DNA of 14,027 nt, taken from Pseudomonadota bacterium. Lineage in GTDB: Bacteria; UBA10199; 2-02-FULL-44-16; JBDRGF01. Positions 7,836 through 14,027 of this stretch are shown piece by piece (the first letter of the stretch is position 1; every line of letters begins with the position of its first letter). A program made the position numbers and the translations under genes. The stretch spans positions 1 to 14,027 of the forward strand of contig JBDRGF010000109.1 of assembly GCA_043818055.1 (NCBI GenBank). Reading direction: 5' to 3'. Under the pieces are notes generated by a model that saw nothing but the letters and a program-made list of their open reading frames with translations, made no database searches and was not told the DNA's origin.

Positions 7836-7855
7836 AAAAACCCGTCGCTGGTCGC
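7836..7855 (+). repeat. CGCTGGT-family element end immediately upstream of the purL start
   Basis: AAAAACCCGTCGCTGGT (7836-7852) matches the reverse complement of 5619-5635 at 16 of 17 positions. Confidence 0.7.
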
Positions 7856-7882
7856 ATGCACACTATTAAGCGAGTTCTTACG

Positions 7883-7952
7883 CCCCTCCTTTATAAGGAG
7901 GGGATGGGGGAGGTAAAAACACCCCACCTAACCTCCCCTTATAAAGGGGAGG
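7883..7952. repeat. REP-like palindrome doublet in inverted orientation (REPIN/BIME-like) between purQ and purL
   Basis: CCCCTCCTT-TAT-AAGGAGGGG (7883-7903) and CCTCCCCTT-ATA-AAGGGGAGG (7932-7952), each with a C-rich leader. A third copy lies at 11551-11581. Confidence 0.85.
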
Positions 7953-7964
7953 AATATACAGTGA

Positions 7965-8654
7965 CTAGCGACTGCCCTTAATTATCGAGTCAAAAATTTT
8001 GCGGCCATCTTCGCCACAAAAGGATTTTTCACAGCATCGCTCTGGATGCGGCATCATTCCACAGATATTTCCCTCTTTGTTTACAACTCCAGCGATCGAG
8101 CTCACTGACCCGTTTGGATTTGTTGAATTCGTCACATTCCCTGACTCGCTTGAGTATCTGAGCAGGACCTGCCCATTATCCTCCAGATCCTTCACATCTC
8201 TATGATTGATATAAAAGCTCCCGCACGCGTGAGCGATCGGCATCCTCAAAATTTCCTTTTCTTTGCATGAGGATGAAAAGGGAGAACTGGAATTCTCGAT
8301 TCTTAGATGAATATTTTTGCAGACGAATTTCAGGTTGTCGTTTTTAATGAGCGTACCGGGCAAAAGACCGCACTCCTGAAGTATCTGAAAGCCGTTACAT
8401 ATTCCCATCACAAGGCCGCCTGAATTTGCGAACTTTTTGACGGAGCTCATTATATTCGACTTTGCCGCAATAGCGCCGGCGCGCAGATAATCGCCATATG
8501 AAAAGCCTCCCGGCAAAATTATACAGTCGCACGATTCGAGATCTAAAGATTTGTGCCAGAGATAAACCACATCCTGCCCAAGCACATTTTTCAGCGCATA
8601 GTGACAGTCATGATCGCAGTTGCTTCCTGGAAATACTACTATTCCAAATTTCAC
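7965..8654 (-). CDS. purQ: phosphoribosylformylglycinamidine synthase glutaminase subunit PurQ
   Basis: FPGSNCD, GGFSYGDYLRAG, GICNGFQ (catalytic Cys) and MPHPER. Confidence 0.97.
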   Translation of the reverse strand: MKFGIVVFPGSNCDHDCHYALKNVLGQDVVYLWHKSLDLESCDCIILPGGFSYGDYLRAGAIAAKSNIMSSVKKFANSGGLVMGICNGFQILQECGLLPGTLIKNDNLKFVCKNIHLRIENSSSPFSSSCKEKEILRMPIAHACGSFYINHRDVKDLEDNGQVLLRYSSESGNVTNSTNPNGSVSSIAGVVNKEGNICGMMPHPERCCEKSFCGEDGRKIFDSIIKGSR

Positions 8655-8890
8655 GATAGCTCCACTTTATAGGTTTCTATGACGGAATTGGCCAAAAGCT
8701 TTTGACACATCTCCTCCACACGTTTCTTGTTTCCCTCAACATCATCCGATCCCAACTCCATCTCAACAAATTTCCCGATGCGCACACCTTTGACACCTTC
8801 GTATCCGAGTTTAGAGAGCGTATCCTCAACAGCCTGCCCCTGTGGATCGTGCACGCCCTTTTTTAATGTGATATAAACTTTTGCCAACAT
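8651..8890 (-). CDS. purS: phosphoribosylformylglycinamidine synthase subunit PurS
   Basis: 79 aa with DPQG, VRIGK and LLAN motifs, lying between purC and purQ. Confidence 0.96.
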   Translation of the reverse strand: MLAKVYITLKKGVHDPQGQAVEDTLSKLGYEGVKGVRIGKFVEMELGSDDVEGNKKRVEEMCQKLLANSVIETYKVELS

Positions 8891-8899
8891 TTTTCCTCC

Positions 8900-9610
8900 T
8901 CAAATTGATGCGGAAATTAATTCATGCACTCTATTGTACGCTTCCTCCACTCCTCCCAAGTCCCGACGAAACCTGTCCTTGTCGAGCTTTTCACCAGTCG
9001 CTAAATCCCATAGCCTGCAACCATCCGGCGTGATCTCGTCCGCAAGGACGAGTTTCCCTTTGTGGCGCCCGTATTCGAGTTTATAATCTATGAGCTCGAT
9101 GCCGATGCCCTTGAAAAAATTTATCAGCCAATCGTTGATAACAAATGAAGTCTTTTTTATAGAGGCGATTTCATCTTCCGTTGCAAATTCAAAAGCACGA
9201 ATATGATCTTCGTTGATCATGGGATCACCAAGCTCATCGCTCTTGTAGTACCATTCAAGTATAGTTCTCTTTAGCGCTGTTCCCTCTTTCAAACCCAGCC
9301 TCTTGGCCAGGGATCCGGCGACTTTGTTTCTGAGGACGACCTCCACAGGAACGATTTCACTCCTCTTCACAAGAAGTTCGTCATCAGCGTTTAGTTTTAC
9401 AAAGTGAGTCGAAATGCCAGCCTTTTCAAGCTTCTCATATATCAACGCCGTAATCTGACAGTTGACTTTACCCTTGTTTTCGATCGTCCCTTTTTTCAGA
9501 CCGTTGAATGCAGTAGCATCATCTTTGAAGTGGATGACGAGCAGATTCGGATCATCTGTCGAGTAAACGATCTTAGCCTTTCCCTCGTACAATTTTTCAT
9601 TTTTCTTCAT
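8900..9610 (-). CDS. purC: SAICAR synthetase
   Basis: LYEGKAK, FKDDATAF, DYKLEYG, LADEITPD and LDKDRFR motifs. Confidence 0.98.
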   Translation of the reverse strand: MKKNEKLYEGKAKIVYSTDDPNLLVIHFKDDATAFNGLKKGTIENKGKVNCQITALIYEKLEKAGISTHFVKLNADDELLVKRSEIVPVEVVLRNKVAGSLAKRLGLKEGTALKRTILEWYYKSDELGDPMINEDHIRAFEFATEDEIASIKKTSFVINDWLINFFKGIGIELIDYKLEYGRHKGKLVLADEITPDGCRLWDLATGEKLDKDRFRRDLGGVEEAYNRVHELISASI

Positions 9611-9613
9611 CTA

Positions 9614-10912
9614 TTACTCCTGTCCAAAGACCCTTTGAAAGATGGTATCTATATTTCTGAAATGATAATCGAGGTCAAAGAGGGCGATTAGCTCCTCTTC
9701 CTTCAAAATGTATGTCACCCGATCATCAGCCATGAGCAGATCTTTAAAATTCAGAGACTCGTTCCACGCCTTCATAGCAGCGTCCTGCACTATCACATAA
9801 GCCTCTTCCCGCGTTAACCCTTTATCGACAAGCGCCAGAAGAACCCTCTGCGAATGTATGAGACCGCCGCCCAATTCGAGATTCTTCTTCATCCTCTCTG
9901 GAAAAACATCGAGTCCGGATAAAACTTTTATCAGCCTGTCGAGCATAAAATCGACGAGTATCGTCGCATCAGGCGCGATGACCCTCTCTACCGAGGAGTG
10001 GGATATATCCCTCTCATGCCACAGCGCCACATTTTCAAGGGAGGCGGACGCATACGATCTCACAAGACGGGCAAGCCCAGTGATGTTTTCACAGAGAATC
10101 GGATTTCGTTTGTGAGGCATCGCACTCGAACCCTTTTGTTTTTTTCCAAACGGTTCTGCGACTTCAGAGACCTCTGTGCGCTGCAGGTGACGAATTTCAA
10201 TCGCAACACTCTCTATGGATGATGCTATACCGGCTAGCACAGAGAAAAAATTTGCATGACGATCCCTCGGCACGACCTGTGTGGATGCCGGGGATGGAGT
10301 GAGTCCCAATGCCTTACACACACCCTCTTCTACCTGAGGCGGAATATGGGCGAAGGTGCCGACTGCTCCCGAGATCTTTCCAACGCTTACATCCGCAGAT
10401 GCCCTCTTCAAGCGCTCCCAGTGCCGTTCAAACTCAGCATACCAGAGCGCAAATTTAAGCCCAAGCGTTACAGGTTCGGCATGAATGCCGTGAGTCCTGC
10501 CGACCATGGGAAGCATCTTATAGGCAAGAGCCTTTTCCTTGAGCACAGATAAGAGCTTACCGATGTCGGAGAGTATGAGCTGGGTGGCGTCTCTCAGCTG
10601 AGTAGCAAAAGCGGTGTCGAGTAAATCTGAGGAGGTCATGCCAAGATGGATATAGCGGGACTCTGCTCCGATGCTCTCAGAAAGGGTCGTGAGAAAGGCT
10701 ATGACATCGTGGCCGACGTCGTTCTCAATCTCGTTCATACGATTGAGATCAAACTTCACCTTTTCCTTTATTATTTTTAGAGAAGATTCAGGGATGCGAC
10801 CTAACTTAGACCATTCATCGCAGACAGCAAGTTCAACCGACAGCCAGCGCTGATATTTGGATTCATCGACCCAGATATCGGCCATCTCATCTCTGGCATA
10901 TCTTTGTATCAT
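9614..10912 (-). CDS. purB: adenylosuccinate lyase
   Basis: HLGMTSSD, GRTHGIHAEP and the fumarate-lyase signature GSSAMPHKRNP. Confidence 0.98.
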   Translation of the reverse strand: MIQRYARDEMADIWVDESKYQRWLSVELAVCDEWSKLGRIPESSLKIIKEKVKFDLNRMNEIENDVGHDVIAFLTTLSESIGAESRYIHLGMTSSDLLDTAFATQLRDATQLILSDIGKLLSVLKEKALAYKMLPMVGRTHGIHAEPVTLGLKFALWYAEFERHWERLKRASADVSVGKISGAVGTFAHIPPQVEEGVCKALGLTPSPASTQVVPRDRHANFFSVLAGIASSIESVAIEIRHLQRTEVSEVAEPFGKKQKGSSAMPHKRNPILCENITGLARLVRSYASASLENVALWHERDISHSSVERVIAPDATILVDFMLDRLIKVLSGLDVFPERMKKNLELGGGLIHSQRVLLALVDKGLTREEAYVIVQDAAMKAWNESLNFKDLLMADDRVTYILKEEELIALFDLDYHFRNIDTIFQRVFGQE

Positions 10913-10941
10913 TTGTTTTTCCCGTGTTTTTGGATGAGGGG

Positions 10942-10969
10942 CTTATATCACGAAATTTCTTCGATGCAA
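10942..10969 (-). promoter_or_regulatory. putative promoter of the pur operon
   Basis: - strand TTGCAT (10969-10964), 16-nt spacer, extended -10 TGnTATAAG (to 10942), ~30 nt upstream of the purB ATG. Confidence 0.45.
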
Positions 10970-11067
10970 GGATTTTCACGATAAAGATGTTCGACCAGAG
11001 AATCAAATGAAAAAATTGACTTAATAGTTTAGCATGATAAATCTCCACATATTTGGGGGTGTAGCAA

Positions 11068-11122
11068 CGGTCGCAAGTCGCTGGTTACTTGTCGCTGGTT
11101 GATTGCTGGTAAGAACAGTTAG
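11068..11122 (+). repeat. CGCTGGT-family heptamer element
   Basis: CGCAAGT-CGCTGGT-TACTTGT-CGCTGGT-TGAT-TGCTGGT-AAGAACAGTTA. It is colinear with the reverse complement of 5576-5627, including the 4-nt register break. Confidence 0.75.
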
Positions 11123-11184
11123 CAGGTAACAAAACGAAACACCTGAGGACTTCACTCCCCGATTTATATTTTTTTTCATTTTAA

Positions 11185-11223
11185 GATCAAAGCCGCATGT
11201 AGGATGTAGCATATAGTCAAATC
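11185..11223 (+). repeat. CATGTRG heptamer element
   Basis: GATCAAAGCCG-CATGTAG-GATGTAG-CATATAG-TCAAATC, homologous to 91-122. Confidence 0.65.
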
Positions 11224-11237
11224 CTTAAAGATAGAAA

Positions 11238-11265
11238 TTGACTTAAAAAATCATAATGATAGCCT
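11238..11265 (+). promoter_or_regulatory. putative promoter of the protease gene
   Basis: TTGACT (11238-11243), 16-nt spacer, TGnTAGCCT. A similar module lies at 11016-11043. Confidence 0.4.
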
Positions 11266-11288
11266 TTTCCCAATCAGGGAGGCTGTCG

Positions 11289-14027
11289 ATGAGGGGTAGT
11301 GCCTCTAAATATCGTTTGAATACAAAGGCGGGCTCAAAACCTGCCTTTTTGTTTTTTAACTACATGCTACATGCCACATGCTACATGCTTCTTCTTATCG
11401 CTTGCGGGTCTCAAGGTAATAACGACATTCAAAAGGATGATGCTGTTCCTATAAACAAAGAAATCACACCTGAAGATATGATCATGTCAGATCGATATCT
11501 GGGCGAGCTTGTTGTACATTTTAGGGATGATTTGGTTGTTAGATTATCACCCCCACCTGACCTCCCCCGTCAAGGGGGAGGGGCAGAGCGGAATAATCAT
11601 TTAGAGGTGCGGAATTTCTATTTTCAAAGCCTTGCTGATGATCTGAACAAAATCCTCGAAGAACACCAGGTTGCGGTGAGAAGATATCTAACAATGGGTC
11701 AGGATAAGTATGACACTTTCAAGCGCGATCTCGAAGAACTAAACTCCGAAGAACTGCCCGATCTCAATTCTATCTATTATTTCAGGGCAGAACCTAAAAA
11801 AGCGCTTGTGTTATATGATAAGTTAAAAAATATCTATGGCGTGGAATATATCTATCCGCATCTGCAAAAAGTTTTGACGGCTACAACAACCCCCGATCTG
11901 TCATTACAGCAGGGATATCTAACAGCAAACGGCGGTATAAATGCCGAATACGCCTGGAATCAGGGAATCATGGGAAAAGGTGTCCATGTGTATGATCAGG
12001 ATAGCGCGTTTAATTTCGACCACGAGGATTTGCAGCTTGATTATACTGTTTATGATGAAAAAAATAATCCAAACGGTTCACTTGTTGGAGCGAATACATC
12101 ACTGGCAGCGCATCTTCCTCCTGAGAAGCAACCTTTTGTAAGCACAGGCGTTCCTCTTTATCTCGCCATTGCACACGGGACGTCTGTTGCAGGTATCATA
12201 AACGCTTCACATAATAATGGAGGGGGAAATTTTGGAGTAAAGGGCATTGCACCAGATACAAAATTGTTGGCCGGGTTTGCACCGATATATAGAGACGATA
12301 AAAATATATTTCCAATTAGCAAAAAAGATACTGAGGATGACAATGGATTTATGGGTTCAGTTTTTGTCATCGAATCGGCTGTCACGGGAAAAGATGGATG
12401 TCAAAAAACCAGTGGAGGAATCGATGATCCATGCTACGGCAAAGGTCAGCTTCCATGCGAAGTCGTACCAGATGAGATGAAATACTATCAAACGCTTTCA
12501 GCTATGGGGATTACGGTTGTCGAAGGTGCTGGAAACTCTGGACTCGATATCGGCGATCCTGATCAATACACAGGCAAATGGAGTGTGTGGGTCAATCCAA
12601 CGACACAGGACAGCGGCGCTATTATGGTAGGTGCCAGCGATGGCGCTAACATGCAAAAGGCCGCTTTCAGCAATTACAGCCCAAGGGTGGATGCCTATTC
12701 ATGGGGGAGCGGCATAGTCACGACGTCATACCCATACGGCGACGCTGCGACATCTCCCTTTTACTGGAAAGGTGCCGGCGGCCCGCCATCCCAAGACCCT
12801 GTGAACGACAAGCACAAATTTTACACAAACCGTTTTGGGGGGACATCCGGTGCGACGGCTATTGTCGGTGGTGCTGTGACACTTGCTCAAAGCAGATTCA
12901 TGCAATTAGCCGGCAACAATCGCATGAGATACATCATGCCAAAGAAGATGAGAGAGCTCGTTCGATCAAGCGGCGATAGTCAGAAGGATACGACAGGCAA
13001 GAACATCGGCGTCCAGCCGAAGATGGACAAGCTCATCAAGGCCGTCGATAACTACTGGCAGACGATCTCTGCAAAATATCCGGCATTGAAGCAAAAGTCC
13101 CCCAACATCAATCGTATGACGAAGCAGGAGATAATCTCAATGCGATCAGATGGTGTTGGATTAACCTGCATCAAATACGACCCTGACGGCAGCTCAAGCG
13201 ACCCACTCTGTTCAGACGATCTCCTGTGGCCACGAGCCATCCAGATGAATGTCGATATGGATATCGACGGCGATGGTTTGATGGATCTCGTAAGCTGGAA
13301 ACGTGGGGAGTTTAAGGTGGACATCAGTTCACAAGGAGCAGATTCAGCATGGTGCTCCGATCTCAAGGGGGTGAGAGAAGCCGACGGCTATTGTGACAAA
13401 TTTCCTGAGAAATACGGTTCGTGGGATTTGACAATCAGCTACAACGATATCAACAGCAAGTGGGTCTTGCCATATGTGAAGGACATGGACGCAGATCATA
13501 GATCAGACCTCATGCTCTACGACAAAGAACATGGACGTTGGTACATCGAATATATGAATGTCGATTATATCAACGGGAGTGAGAATCGTATCGCAACATG
13601 GGATAAAGAACTTCAATACAACTGGAAGGACGAACTGAACATTGACCCATGGAAGAGCAAATATTCGAGACCTGCGGTCAGCGATTTGGCAAGCTCTTAT
13701 AAAAATAGCAAAGGGATCTATTTCAGCGATGGGTGGGCAGACATCTCAATCTTGTGTTCTGACGGCTACTGGCGGGTTGACCTTGGAGGGCCAAATGGCC
13801 CTGATGGCATATGGGATATCGAAGTTAAATATCTCACAGATGAACAATTGAAAGCAGCCCCGGGCTGGGCATATCAGACTTATGTGAGTTCGATATTAGG
13901 TGGTCACACAGAAATTGGGAAAAAAGAATATGATCATGAAACTTTCTATGTGAAAATTCCGGATACGATAAATGGAGCAGGAAAAGTTTTAGTCTGGGCT
14001 GGGGGGGTAGGATATGTTGAGGCTTTC
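11289..14027 (+). CDS. subtilisin-like S8 serine protease, predicted lipoprotein with C-terminal FG-GAP/VCBS-like repeats; runs off the window (at least 913 codons)
   Basis: Hand translation is open from ATG 11289 (SD GGGAGG 11277-11282) to the edge. Lipobox LIAC (Cys39, 11403). Triad VYDQD (11994), HGTSVAG (12174) and GTSGAT (12846). Oxyanion GAGNS, FSNY. DIDGDGLMDL and DMDADHRSDL repeats. Confidence 0.92.
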   Translation, partial: MRGSASKYRLNTKAGSKPAFLFFNYMLHATCYMLLLIACGSQGNNDIQKDDAVPINKEITPEDMIMSDRYLGELVVHFRDDLVVRLSPPPDLPRQGGGAERNNHLEVRNFYFQSLADDLNKILEEHQVAVRRYLTMGQDKYDTFKRDLEELNSEELPDLNSIYYFRAEPKKALVLYDKLKNIYGVEYIYPHLQKVLTATTTPDLSLQQGYLTANGGINAEYAWNQGIMGKGVHVYDQDSAFNFDHEDLQLDYTVYDEKNNPNGSLVGANTSLAAHLPPEKQPFVSTGVPLYLAIAHGTSVAGIINASHNNGGGNFGVKGIAPDTKLLAGFAPIYRDDKNIFPISKKDTEDDNGFMGSVFVIESAVTGKDGCQKTSGGIDDPCYGKGQLPCEVVPDEMKYYQTLSAMGITVVEGAGNSGLDIGDPDQYTGKWSVWVNPTTQDSGAIMVGASDGANMQKAAFSNYSPRVDAYSWGSGIVTTSYPYGDAATSPFYWKGAGGPPSQDPVNDKHKFYTNRFGGTSGATAIVGGAVTLAQSRFMQLAGNNRMRYIMPKKMRELVRSSGDSQKDTTGKNIGVQPKMDKLIKAVDNYWQTISAKYPALKQKSPNINRMTKQEIISMRSDGVGLTCIKYDPDGSSSDPLCSDDLLWPRAIQMNVDMDIDGDGLMDLVSWKRGEFKVDISSQGADSAWCSDLKGVREADGYCDKFPEKYGSWDLTISYNDINSKWVLPYVKDMDADHRSDLMLYDKEHGRWYIEYMNVDYINGSENRIATWDKELQYNWKDELNIDPWKSKYSRPAVSDLASSYKNSKGIYFSDGWADISILCSDGYWRVDLGGPNGPDGIWDIEVKYLTDEQLKAAPGWAYQTYVSSILGGHTEIGKKEYDHETFYVKIPDTINGAGKVLVWAGGVGYVEAF
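11324..11357 (+). terminator. intrinsic-terminator-like hairpin inside the 5' end of the protease ORF
   Basis: AAAGGCGGG-CTCAAAA-CCTGCCTTT followed by TTGTTTTTT. Confidence 0.6.
11360..11387 (-). repeat. four tandem CYACATG heptamers inside the protease signal-peptide region
   Basis: CTACATG-CTACATG-CCACATG-CTACATG, translated as YMLHATCYM. Confidence 0.85.
11551..11581 (+). repeat. REP-like palindrome inserted in frame in the protease pro-region
   Basis: CCCCACCTGA-CCTCCCCC-GTCAA-GGGGGAGG resembles 7922-7952 and encodes PPDLPRQGG. Confidence 0.75.

Noticed and set aside
5519..7952. CRISPR array
   Set aside because: The repeats are degenerate heptamers or REP-like hairpins without regular unique spacers.
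4379..10853. + strand ORFs antisense to pur genes (e.g. 6780-7553, 257 aa)
   Set aside because: These are shadow ORFs of well-conserved genes with no recognisable motifs.
11021..11212. 63-aa - strand ORF
   Set aside because: It is largely a translation of heptamer repeats (TSNQPATSNQRLAT) in a promoter region.
10913..11280. Purine or ZTP riboswitch upstream of purB
   Set aside because: No consensus elements were recognised by eye, and the putative promoter leaves only a short leader. An Infernal search would be decisive.
11941..13851. Short ORFs listed in the right-hand region
   Set aside because: They are alternative frames of the long S8 protease ORF.

Overview
Bacterial chromosomal window with three parts. 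(1) ~120-4090 is an AT-rich accessory/defence-like island. It holds a translationally coupled + strand operon of an AbiEi-like antitoxin/regulator, an AbiEii-like nucleotidyltransferase and an Abi-P2-type reverse transcriptase (YRDD), behind a near-consensus sigma70 promoter overlaid by a four-half-site palindromic operator. This operon converges on a - strand HTH-MNT (MntA-like) nucleotidyltransferase gene that has no intact HEPN partner. (2) 4102-10912 is a - strand de novo purine operon, purB-purC-purS-purQ-purL-purF. (3) 11289 to the window edge is a divergent lipoprotein subtilisin (S8) protease with FG-GAP/VCBS-like repeats, absent from the supplied ORF track. Three families of short interspersed repeats are present: CATGTRG heptamers, CGCTGGT heptamers and GC-rich REP-like hairpins. 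They bracket genes as inverted pairs and have entered coding sequence in frame. The best candidate for an undescribed system is the AbiE-like TA pair + Abi-P2 RT operon. Family calls come from motif recognition and recalled sequences, not database searches.
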